Source of the DNA: Octopus sinensis
Lineage: Eukaryota
Length of the DNA: 64,000 nucleotides
Assembly: GCF_006345805.1 (NCBI RefSeq)
Contig: NC_043000.1
Location: 154,628,001-154,692,000, forward strand
Direction of reading: 5' to 3'
Shown: positions 11,604 through 23,433 of the stretch, piece after piece
How positions within the stretch are numbered: the stretch's first letter is position 1
Layout of the letters: each line of letters opens with the position of its first letter
Notes under the pieces: model-generated
What the model saw: only the letters and a program-made list of their open reading frames with translations
Told to the model about the DNA's origin: nothing
Databases searched by the model: none
Program-made: the position numbers and the translations under genes

Positions 11604-13944
11604 GAAATAGATCATAAGCCAATAGATGTGTGCATACTATTGTCATATTAGGTTGTCAGATAAACCCATTAATTCTTTTTTTCATTTATTTTGATCCTTT
11701 CCATTGTTATTTGAATTAACATGAAAAATATTTTCGTCATTATGTTTTGCAGGTTTTTTGTTTTTTGTAGATCTATTCTTTCCCTACAACTTTTGTTTAT
11801 CATTTTTGAAATTAAAATAAATTTTGCCTCTTTTCCAATGGAGTGCCAAGTAGAAAAAAAAATTCCAAAAGATAATTGAATTTATCTGACAACTTAATAT
11901 AAAAACTCTGTGTCTGTGTGTGTTGGGTGTATACATGTCTAATTTCATTTTGATATATGTAAAGATCATATATGTTTATAATTATACACGTATAAACATA
12001 TTTTAGGGTTGTTCATTTGGATGCTGTAAGTATAGTTCAATGCTTATAAGCATATGCCACCGAATATGTTTACATAGCAATACCAATGAAAATGGTATGG
12101 AAAGGGTTCAGAGGAGGCAGAGAGTTCAATTTCTACCCATAATGGGCAATGTTGCATAATCTTTCTATTATCTGGTTTTCAGCTCTAATTATTGGTTCTT
12201 TTATTTCTAAACATATGGCATAATTCTTGGATCTATAACTCAATATAATGTTGATCCTGGGTGCTAGCAAATTTTTACTTTTTCTATAGTGATTAACAAG
12301 ATGATGGATGTAGTATGAAAGTCTTTAGGTACTTTCTAGAAGTCTATAGAAGAATTACATCATATTAGAAGTTAAAACACTTGCTAATTGCATGCAACAC
12401 CTGGTTTATAGTTTTAGTGAGTGGCATCTATATATGCCATTTATTTAACATTAAATAGAATAAACCATGATCACAGTCTAGTGCCAGTGGTAAGACATAT
12501 CATCACTTCACTGGCCAGTTGTTCCTTGCTTGTTCCCTTTCTGTTTTGACTCTGTTAGGATTAAGATGCTAGAGTAAAGGAAAAGTATTGTTCTTCTGAG
12601 ATTGAAAAAGTTAAAAATAGCAAGTAAAATGAAAAATTAAATTAATTAGAAATAAAAGGAAAAGCTGAGCCTATACCATACTACTTTTTTCAGACATTTC
12701 TGATGATTGCTGGAGTTGGTTCTCAACCTCTGGTGTGAAACCAATTGGTAATCTGGCTATTATGGGACTACAATACTGTATTTTATTATTACTATTACTA
12801 TTATTATTAATAATATATTTATATATATGTATAATACACATAAACACATGTAAATACAATATATATTATAAATATATTATAAATTGTAGGTGTGGTTAAA
12901 TACTTATAAGGTTATTGTATTTATAATCAACTCATGATTTCATATTTCATATCCCCCTCCCACCAAATATCAGCAATCATCAGATGGCAATGGAAATGAA
13001 ATCTAAGCACTGCTGGTGAAGGCAAAAGTTTTTTTTTTAATATTTTTCAGTCAGTGCTAACATCTGTTATTGCTGCATATTCCTTCTGCAGTATAAAACT
13101 GTGAGTCATAGACAGAGTCAACCAGGAAGCCTATAGTTTAATATACACATATATATTACACACATTATTTTCTGTTGTGTGTTGCAAAGACGATGTCCTA
13201 CAGGTGGTTGTAACTAAATTTGTCTAGCTTGAGACATTTTCATCTTGTACTTTGGTCAGTTCTGACTGTATTCCCAGTGTGGGAATGTGATAGCGCTTCC
13301 CAGACATTCATTAATTTCCTATGTTCTTTGAAATTAACCAACAAGTAACTATTCAATCAACCAACTAACCAGTTGACCAGCCATCAAAAGTTCTATTTAT
13401 CGATTGTCGTACAGAGTCATTGATATTTTCTGCAGGGTTGCTATGGTGTTCAGTTAGGTGGTTGCACTTTGTAATCAATGAAAAGCCAGTGTGAAGAAGA
13501 CAAATAAATAGAAAATAAAATATGGAATCACGTGACATATTTCTTTGAGTTGACAAAATTGAACAAAAAAATTAAAATCTGTCTAAAACAAAACAAAATA
13601 TATAAAAGAAATCTGTTTCTCTGAAATCAATTATTTCTAACCTTCATCCTAACTTTAGTACAAGGCTACAGATTTTAGGAAAGAGATAACTCAGTTCAAT
13701 AGATCTCTAGTACTTTACAGTTACTGCTTTTTTGTTTTTAGCACTATCAAAATTGTTAGAGCATTGGATAAAAATGCTATATAGCATTTGTCCTTCACAA
13801 TTTTCATTTTGTAAATTTGACTCATAAGATATTGGCTAACCTGGATTTATAGTAGAAGACATGTACCCAAGGTGCTACACAACAGTATTGAACTTGGAAC
13901 CATAGAACAAACTTCTTATTTGCACAGCTATACCTGCACCTACT

Positions 13945-14262
13945 CTCTCTCTTTTACTCATTTACTTGTTTCAGTCATTTGACTGCGGCTATGCTGGTCT
14001 CTTTTGCCGAACCGCTAAGTGACGGGGACGTAAACACACCAGCATTGGTTGTCAAGCAATGTTAGCGGGACAAACACAGACACACAAACACACACACAAA
14101 CACACACACATACATATATATATATACATATATACGACAGGCTTCTTTCAGTTTCCGTCTACCAAATCCACTCACAAGGCATTGGTCGGCCCAGGGCTAT
14201 AGCAGAAGACCTTTGCCCAAGGTGCCATGCAGTGGGACTGAACCCGGAACCATGTGGTTGGT
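13945..14262 (-). mobile_element. tRNA-derived CORE-like SINE, family C
   Basis: The minus strand has GGTTCAGTCCC (box B) and GGCACCTTGGGCAA (CORE-like). Homologous to 27250-27642 with an internal deletion. Confidence 0.85.
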
Positions 14263-14770
14263 TAGCATGTGATTTGTGAGATTTTAATACTGACGGTAAA
14301 TAATTTTTTTCCCAGAATGGAAAATTTCCTGTGTATTTTCAAAATTATAGGTATCCTAGAAGACCTGGTGGCTCTTCTTGGCAGTGAGTATATATTATGA
14401 AATTTACTAAGCAAAATTACTTCTATGGATGAGTTGAGTTTGATTTTAACATCTTATGCAATATTCACTCAGCTATTTTATTTCTGCTCTTAATAAGGGT
14501 TAGGCAATCATAAAGTGACCTTATTGTTTGACTATGACTGTCGATGGGGTGGGAGCTGTTGTGTATAATTGGAAAATAATTGAGTTATGATTTGCTTCTA
14601 ACGTGTAGCCTTTTAATTTCATGTACTTTACTACAATCCTTAAAAATATGCATGACTGTCACATTACTCCCCGTAGTGCATAAAGCCTTAACATATATTC
14701 AGAATAATAAACAAAACAAACATTTCAGTATTTTACAATTTAATTGTTTTGTAAATTTACTATTTAATTT

Positions 14771-15035
14771 GGAGGTGCTTGGCTTAGTGGTTAGGGTGTC
14801 AGCATCATGATCGTAAGATTGTGGTTTTGATATCTTGACCGGGCAACGCGTTGTGTTCTTGAGCAAAACATTTCATTTCACGTTGCTCCAATCCACTCAG
14901 CTGGCAAAAATGAGTAACGCTGCCATGGATTGGCGTCCCATCCAGCTGGGGAACACATACGCCATTGAAACCGGGAAACTGGGCCCATGAGCCTGGCTAG
15001 GCTTTAAAAAAAGCATGCATTTATTTTTTTTTTAC
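14771..15035 (+). mobile_element. tRNA-derived SINE, family B (near full length)
   Basis: Box A TGGCTTAGTGGTTAG, body with gccatggattggcgtcccatccag, T-rich tail. Homologous to 28502-28730. Confidence 0.85.
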
Positions 15036-15059
15036 TATATAATAGTATGTGGATCCATT

Positions 15060-15420
15060 CAATCTTAGCCACATGGTCTGGGACAGTCCCACTACACATG
15101 GCACCTTGGGCAATATAACTCCATAGAAACCACTGTGTATGTGTATGTGTAAATGTATGTATGTATATATGGATGGATGGAGGTTTATGTGTGTATGTGA
15201 CTTTGTCTTGACATCGTCTGTCAGTTGTAAATGAGGCTTGCCATACAAGCAGCATTGCTGATTTCCAATCCTCCATGAAAACATGTCTGGCCAAGGGGAA
15301 ATTTCACCTTCCCTGGGAACAGATGAGGATTGGCAACAAGTATCTAGCTATAGAAAATCTGTGTCAACAATTTCTATTTGACCCATGGAAACATGGAAAA
15401 GTGGACATTAAAACTGTGGT
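15060..15420. mobile_element. old degraded SINE pieces (family C/D related)
   Basis: ggcaccttgggcaa and ..atggaaaagtggacattaaa.. segments. A similar composite lies at ~59395-59790. Confidence 0.5.
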
Positions 15421-16028
15421 GAGAAGTGAAATAAAAAATAATTGAAAATATCTGAAATCCTCTGTTTTGGTCATTTTGTTTCCATACAAAAATAAATGGG
15501 AAGGTTTTTATTGTAGCAAATGTTCCTATAGCTTGATGCTCTTGGCCATTCTCTTACAGAGTGCAGTTGCATACATTAAACATGTGGCATTTTTCATAGC
15601 TTCATGCTATTGTCCAAACTGAATTCCATTACCTCTTTCAACTATCTATCTTTCTTCAAAGAACGCCCACCTTCACAGACTGTAGGTTTAAGAAAATAAC
15701 CATATGCTAAAAAGAGCAGGAACACTTAAACCACAGTAGAATATTCAGTTACAAAGCCATGGGTATATGTCCATGTTCATGTAGGACTGGTAATGATAAA
15801 AGTTCAGCAGTGCAAGCCATAATAAAATTAGATATAAATACACACACATCTATATATATATGTGTGTGTGTATGTATGTATACATATATATATATATATC
15901 TATATGTATATATAATATATATACATACACACACACACACACGCACACATACATATATATATATATATGTATGTGTGTGTGCATGTATATATATATATGT
16001 GTATGTAAGTATATATACATATATATAT

Positions 16029-16118
<90 letters not shown>

Positions 16119-16160
16119 CACACAAACACACACATACACACATATATATATATATTTATA

Positions 16161-16471
16161 AATAAGGATAATATCGATCTTTAAATATCGATCTTATCAA
16201 GTGGCCAGCATGGGAATAAATACCATACAAAAGTAATAACTGCTATTTCAGCATGGTGGTATCGCTCAGATACCCTAATTTATAACGGGAAGGTTTACGA
16301 AAATAAACAAAAGACGAAGGCAGGTGGAGTACAAACAAACAATGTATTAGTATGGCGCTCAGGAATAGAAATAAAACAAGTCTTTTACGTTTCGAGCCTA
16401 TGCTCTTCGACAGAAAGATACACAGAAAAGAAACAAGGAGAGGAAAAAATTGTGTGTAGGGGCTAATGATC

Positions 16472-16475
<4 letters not shown>
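16161..16475 (-). mobile_element. (TA)n-embedded Penelope-like terminal cassette with a hammerhead-like motif
   Basis: The minus strand at 16387-16413 reads CTGTCGA-A-GAGC-ATAG-GCTC-GAAACGT. The end shares a hairpin plus TGGCCAGCAT with the 6050 and 41300 cassettes. Confidence 0.6.
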
Positions 16476-16517
<42 letters not shown>

Positions 16518-17083
16518 CACACACACATATATATGTTAATAGTTGGTTATATATGTATATAAGGATGCTTGCATGCACCTATAATGTACTGACTCATGTC
16601 GGTACACTTGTTTTCATAAATAAATGACTTAAAACATGAAATTGTTTATTTAATTGATAGATATATCAATACATATTGATACGGAAATATACTGATAATG
16701 TCTATTGATGGCAAAGCGAATTGACCAAGTAACAATTTCTAGATGTGAAATGGCGGCTGCTGTTAGATAGCATTGGTGCATGCTTTCTGGAACATTTGAC
16801 ATATCAATAATTGATAGTTAGAGATTGTCGCACCATATTTCTGATAATTTAGTCTCTCGCTGAATGCTAATTGTGATAGTAATGATGATGATGATGATGA
16901 TGGTGGTGATGATGGTGATGGCATTGATGACCGTTGTAATGATATACTTCCTTATGTTGTCATGCAAAACCAAAAATATGGCACCCTAGTATTAACACCA
17001 ACTTGAACTTCTAACTTGTTGTCCCTTGAAGTCCCTGGATGAAACTTGGAGTCAACTTGTACAAATACAATGCAAAAGCCAAA

Positions 17084-17155
<72 letters not shown>

Positions 17156-17157
<2 letters not shown>

Positions 17158-17310
17158 TGCACTACTAGGCACTGCACACATCTTACGCAGAACACTTTCC
17201 ATACAATAATCATCAGAGCATCACAACAAATCACAGCACATACCCAAGATGCACAAAGCTGCACTCGGTAGTGAAGTGAAAGCACACTATAAAAAATATA
17301 CTACTGAATA
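17156..17310 (+). pseudogene. 3' end of an R4/Dong-like RLE LINE in (TAA)n
   Basis: Translates IALLGTAHILRRTLSIQ* followed by a short 3' UTR. (TAA)n on both sides. Confidence 0.8.
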
Positions 17311-17356
17311 ATAATAATAATCATAATAATAATAATAATACAAGTTGTAATAATAA

Positions 17357-17651
17357 CGAGAATAGAGCATGCTTTGGAATGACACGAGGGCAGAGCATGC
17401 TCCAAAAGCTGGTCTGTTGGGGACAGAGAGGATTTTGAGATTGTTACTTGGGTGCTGAATATCTTCCAAGATCGAGGTACCAGGTCTTATAATTCGTGAG
17501 ATCTTTGGCAACAGGTTACTACCTGTTTTCACAAAATTAACTGGAGCAAGTGTGATTGAAAGCTTGCAAGTACCTGTAATGTACCATCTCACATTGATAC
17601 ACTTGCTTTCATAAATAAATGACATGAAAGATTGAGAGCCTTGAGAAGTAA

Positions 17652-17652
<1 letters not shown>
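17357..17652 (+). pseudogene. 3' end of a second R4/Dong-like RLE LINE family in (TAA)n
   Basis: Translates AEHAPKAGLLGTERILRLLLGC* (stop 17456-17458). (TAA)n on both sides. Confidence 0.7.
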
Positions 17653-17721
<69 letters not shown>

Positions 17722-17779
17722 GCAACAATAATAATAATAATAATAATATTAATTGTTGTTATTGTTGTTACTAAAGACT

Positions 17780-17970
17780 AAGCAACAGCCTGGTAGAATC
17801 ATTAGAGCATTCGACAAAATGACTTCTGGGTCTTTATCTTCAAATCCTGATGAGATTAACTTTGCCTTTGTTCCTTAAGGGGGTTGATAGATTAAAGTCT
17901 CATTCAAGAACTGAAAGTAGTTTTTAATCAACCAACTTCCTTCCCTCAAATTTCTGGCTTTGTGCCTGCC
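17780..17970 (+). mobile_element. degraded family A-related SINE
   Basis: Contains aactttgcctttgttccttaagggggttgatagattaaagt. Other decayed copies lie at ~3760-3830 and ~18340-18510. Confidence 0.55.
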
Positions 17971-18632
17971 TACATGACAAACAGTTTTTAAATAACCCCT
18001 AATAAATGAAAACAACAGTGATAAAAACAACAACAACAACTTCTAACAAAGTTACAAAACTACAAATTTTTAGAAGGAGGTAGGTATAGTTGATTTAATC
18101 GATCACTCAGAATATAAAAACTTTCACTAAATATCACTATATCACTAATAATCACTAAGTACCACTATATCACTAGTAACCACTTCGCACAAATACACCC
18201 ATATATTATAACAAAATCACTTCATACACACATACATATATTTATACACACACGCACACAAATATATATATATATATAAATATACACACATATATATACA
18301 TGCATACACACACATACATATATATTGATTGTAAGCGTAGGTCATAATAAAGAAGTAGGGGTTATGTTGATTAAATTACATCTAGCACTTGAGTATTACT
18401 TTACCCTAAAGGATGAAAAGCAATGTTGATTCCAAGAGGATTTGAAATCAGAACATAAAGAGCTATAACTAAATACCACAAGGCATTTTGTCTACCTTTA
18501 TCAATTTTGCTATCAATTACCCATGTATGTGTGTGTATGTGTGTATGTGTGTGTGCATTATCAACAAATTATGTGTACATAGATATTATTTACAAATAAT
18601 GGACATATATATAATATATATGTATATATGTA

Positions 18633-18688
<56 letters not shown>

Positions 18689-18760
18689 TATATACATATG
18701 TATATGTACATATATATATCTGCATGTATATATATACTATATTATATTATATATAATATA

Positions 18761-18802
<42 letters not shown>

Positions 18803-19951
18803 CAAACACACACACACATAATATGTATACGTTCATGAATGTATATACCCACGTGTCAACATATTCCTTATTATGTGTGTATGTACAAATGTGATTTACG
18901 CATAAACTCATATACAAATAGTGAAATTGGCATTCGGCAAAATCATTTAATCTTTTAACAACGATATTTTGTTCCAATTGACCTTTAATTAAAAATGTCA
19001 CCGAATGAAGTTGATTTATATTCCACTCATTTAATTTCAGCTGTTCTTTGAAAATTTCAGGAACGTGATATCTCAAATGTTCACTATGAGTATTGATTAT
19101 TTTTCTTCCTAGTTTATCATTCATTGTAAATTATGAAGTGTTTATTAAGAAATACATTATTGAATCTAAATCTTTACCAGATCTTATCATTCACAGAGTG
19201 AATTTTTGTAAATTGAGATGGGATGGTATGGAGGAGGGTTTATATAATTACTTCTGTTTTCTTTCTTTGATGAAAAACTGCTAAACAGTGTAATTAATAA
19301 GTTTATTAATGATTACTTTATATTTTATTTTTTTAAAAATAATGACTTATTACATCTTTTCTTACATGCATGTATATATTTGCATATGCACACACAAATT
19401 TGTATCACACACACACATGCACACACACACACACACAAGATTATTTCAAGGTTTCTTCAGCATAGGAAGCAAAATTGTGTACTAAATCATTCATGCTATA
19501 TTACTAGACCTTATTTTATTAATCTTGGCTTTTTTTTTAATGATAGAAAAATACAAAACAAGATTGTCAAATGGATAACGCTGGCACACACCTTTATCTC
19601 TCTTTCTCTCTTTGTGAGTGCCCCTCTCATACATGCACACAGATATACATATATAATTGATTGGATACATGGTAAAGAAGATATGTTCCAACTGTGAAGT
19701 CAGATGGTGTAATATCGTAATATTTAAGGTGCAGCTTAGAAAATGACATTCTCTCTTTTAATTACATATCTCATCCCTGCATTATATCATATAACATAAA
19801 ATAATCACATATCACTTGACTATAGACATTTCTTCTGTTAGAAGGAAGCATTAGGGTTTTAGGAAGGAAAAAGTACCATCAACAACTATCAAACCCTTTC
19901 CAGAGGTATTAGTTACACTAAAAAATCAAATTAAATTAATGATGTCTTTAA

Positions 19952-20171
19952 CCCTTTCATTACCAACCCGGCTGAAACCAGCTCTGGCTCTGAGTACAAA
20001 TGTCTTGTTTTCATAAGTTTTGAATTAAAACCTTCCACCAAACCTTAGTCGCAATTTATGTTCCTAACACTAGCTTAATGATAACTAAGTTATTTTACTA
20101 AATTCTTTGTTATATTTAAAATAATTGAAAGAAACATGGAGCATCACAAAATAAGTATGGTAACTAAAGGG
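19952..20171. mobile_element. piggyBac-like MITE
   Basis: CCCTTTCATTACC...GGTAACTAAAGGG ends with TTAA on both sides. A second copy lies inverted at 39647-39868. Confidence 0.85.
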
Positions 20172-21712
20172 TTAATGCCATTCTATGAACCGAGCTAAGG
20201 TTAAAACTCAGAAGTGATTCACCTATAGTTTTAGTATTTAGGTTATATCAAAATGTTAAGAAACATATTTATGTCATACACAAATTTATAAGCCATGTAG
20301 ATAGTATTGTTATCATATAGTTTGCACATGTAAAATATCTTTAATTTCTTACTATCATAATTAAGAATAAATAATCAGCTGGTGAAAGAGTTTCTAAGTT
20401 GTCTAATGCAGTTTTGTACATTCTTAATATATCTCTGATTTTTGTTTTTAGAATGAAGATTACATGTTTTAACTCCTGAATCTCAGGTCAGCATGTTTTG
20501 TAATAAGGACAACATCACCATAACCAGAAATATCAGATGAATATCTTATTTGATTGCAACTGGTTTGCTTTATGAAGAACTGTTCAGGCTACCCTGCAAA
20601 ACAACTATAAAACAAATATAAGAAAAATATCTAAGTTCATTTTAAGTGTATAGTTATATTGAAAGTTACATATTGTACTAATACAGAACATTTACAGTTC
20701 CGTATCGTAAGTTAGTTTGTTAACAAATGATAGTCATTATATTTTAGTATATTGGAAATATCAAGTAAACGAAGAAGACATTCACTTAATGAAAAGAAAA
20801 GATGGTTTGTTACAGAAGACAAAATATATCAGTATGTGGAGAACTTGTGACACAACTGTGACATAGTTTGATGTCTTCGAACAAACAATATGTTACATTA
20901 TAAATATTTTGAGTGTGGAGAACATGTAACAATATTGTTTCACAGTTTAGTATACTAAGAAAGATTATTAGTATGTTATAACACACTGTGGATACTAGTG
21001 TGTGGAGAACTTATAACAATACCATATCATAATTTAGTATACTGTCACAGACATGCTGATATGTAGCCTTGAAGTGTTATGTCATAACATATCTCAGATG
21101 ATTGACGTGTTATTATGGACATTTGTGAAGAACTTGTGACAGAGTTTAGTATATTAACCAGAAACAGCCATTGTTATATAAGAATATATCTATTGCTATA
21201 TGGGAGAACTTGTAACAGAACTGTGTTATAGTTTTGTATACTACCAGCAGCAATCATGTTACTAGAAATAAAATTGTATGTGGAGAATTTGTAACAGTAC
21301 CATGTGGAGATTTAGTATATCAGCAAAAGCGGCCAACATAGTAGCAAATTAATTGATATTAGGGTCTGGAGAATTTAAAATAATACCATGTCATAGCTTA
21401 GTACATGAATAAATTGTAGACTACAAAATTCTTCACCAAAATATATAAATAAATATAATAATAATAATAATTTAACCTCTAGAGTCAAGTCCTCGAGGTT
21501 CTGTTCCTTAGAATGCAAGGAGAGGGAGAGAGAGAGAGTGAGAGAGAGAGAAAGAGAGAGTGAAAGGGAGAGTGCATTTAGAAGAGAGTAAAGAACCAAA
21601 TTTTGATATACAACATTGAGATGGGAATAAAGTGTCAAGTGCCAGTGCTCTTACGAATTAACAATTGATTACAATACTACACCACCTGCTTATTTCTTTA
21701 CTGAGAAAATAA

Positions 21713-21793
21713 CTAAAGACTGTAGTAATGGCTTCTGCTGAAAGTTTTAAACAACCCTTGGATAAGTTTCTCTTCTATGACCCAGATCAATCA
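21713..21793 (+). pseudogene. CR1/L2-like LINE C-terminal remnant (duplicated at ~24871-24945)
   Basis: Translates LKTVVMASAESFKQPLDKFLFYDPDQS, which matches the ..VVxA..SFKxxLDKFL..PDQ end typical of CR1-group ORF2. Confidence 0.55.
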
Positions 21794-22088
21794 TCTTTAT
21801 TTACAAACCACATTACAACCAATAAAGAGTGACCTACAGCAACTAACTAATGCATTGACTATAACTATACACACACAGTCACTGACAAAGAAAATACAAT
21901 CCAACATACACTGTTAAAACTAAATAAAACCATTTATAGTACTCAAAAGAGGCAGTATTATAACATATCCAAAATACACAATGGTTCAAAGCATCTAAAG
22001 ATCTAAAGGACAAAATAAAGTCACTTTTTCAATTTATTAAATATATTAGTGAAGTATATGACTTAGCTTTAGTCAGAGTGTTACAGAA

Positions 22089-22265
22089 TATTGGTTTCAA
22101 ATTTTGGCACAAGGCCAGCAAGTTCGACCTCAGTACTCAGCAGGTACCTATTTTATTGACCCTAAAGGGATGGAAGGCAAAGTTGACCTCAGTCGATTTG
22201 AACTCAGAACATAAAGACAGATGAAATGGTGCTAAGCATTTTGCCTGCCTGGCATGCTAATAATT
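22089..22265 (-). mobile_element. degraded family A-related SINE
   Basis: Contains ggatggaaggcaaagttgacctcagtcgatttgaactcagaac. Confidence 0.75.
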
Positions 22266-22643
22266 TTTCACAATTCTCCATCTGTTACATAATATTAGCT
22301 ATAATAATATATAGAGAACATGCAACTTTAATATTCCGTAGTTTTGTGGTGGATGTGGTAAAGTACTCTAACATAACTTGGTATACTAAGTATTGGTATG
22401 TTATAATACATTACATATATTGGTATGTGGAGAAATGTTGTTGCTGTATTGTAATATATTATAGGTTAGTGGGGAACATTACAAATACTGCACAATAATT
22501 TAGTATACTAATTGTTGGTATGTTACAGTTCAGTACATATGTTAGTAAGTGGAGAACTGTTGCTGTACTGTAATACATTACAATTTAGTATATTAATACA
22601 GGAAGTTAGTATGTGAAGAACATGACAAAGAAGTGTATGATAA

Positions 22644-22723
22644 TTTAGTATACTAATAGTTTAGTATACTAATAGTTTAGTATACTAATAGTTTAGTATA
22701 CTAATAGTTTAGTATACTAATAG
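22644..22723. repeat. 5 x 16-bp perfect tandem repeat TTTAGTATACTAATAG
   Basis: Five exact copies, each containing the 12-bp palindrome TTAGTATACTAA. Confidence 0.95.
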
Positions 22724-23222
22724 TTAGTACATAAGTTTGAAACATTGGAAATGATATCTAAAAGTTTAGTAGACTAAAAAAAGAAGACATCTGGTATGTT
22801 ACTGAACATGAAACATATCATTATATGGAGAACTTGTGACATAACTGTGACATAGTGTGATATAGTCAAACAAACAATATGTTACATTACAAATATTTTG
22901 AGTGTGGAGAACATGTAACAATATTGTCTCACAGTTTAGTATACTAAGAAAGATTATTAGTATGTTATAACACACTGTGGATACTAGCGTGTGGAGAACT
23001 TATAACAATACCATATCATAATTTAGTATACTATCACAGACAGGTTGATATATTGCTTGGATGTGTTATGTTATAACATATCTTAGATGGTTGATATGTT
23101 ATTATAGATATATGTATATGAAGAATATATAATAGTACCATATTAGGAATTAGTGTACTAATAGAAACAGAAAACAAAAACAACAAACAGACAAGCAAAA
23201 ACAAAATGCTACTATTATGTAA

Positions 23223-23433
23223 GGCGGCAGGCTGGCAGAACCGTTAGCACGCCGGGCGAAAAGCGTAGCCATATTTCATCTGCCGTTACGTTCTGAGTTC
23301 AAATTCCGCTGAGGTCGACTTTGCCTTTCATCCTTTCGGGGTCGATAAATTAAGTACCAGTTACGCACTGGGGTCGATATCTGTCCTTGTTTGTCCCCTC
23401 TGTGTTTAGACCCTTGTGGGTAATAAAGGAACA
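23223..23433 (+). mobile_element. SINE family A
   Basis: GGCGGCAGGCTGGCAGAACCGTTAGC head, GTTCAAATTCC box B and Nin/Deu-like domain. Small internal deletion. Flanked by TATGTAA(GG) repeats. Confidence 0.9.

Noticed and set aside
20452-20486. Possible small exon (ttttag|AATGAAG...CTCAG|gtcagc) just before the array
   Set aside because: Stops occur in all three frames and the donor is weak. It cannot be supported without transcript data.
23032-23055. miR-2-like sequence TATCACAGACAGGTTGAT (also ~24346)
   Set aside because: There is no complementary star arm, and the seed is not kept in the other two copies of the block.
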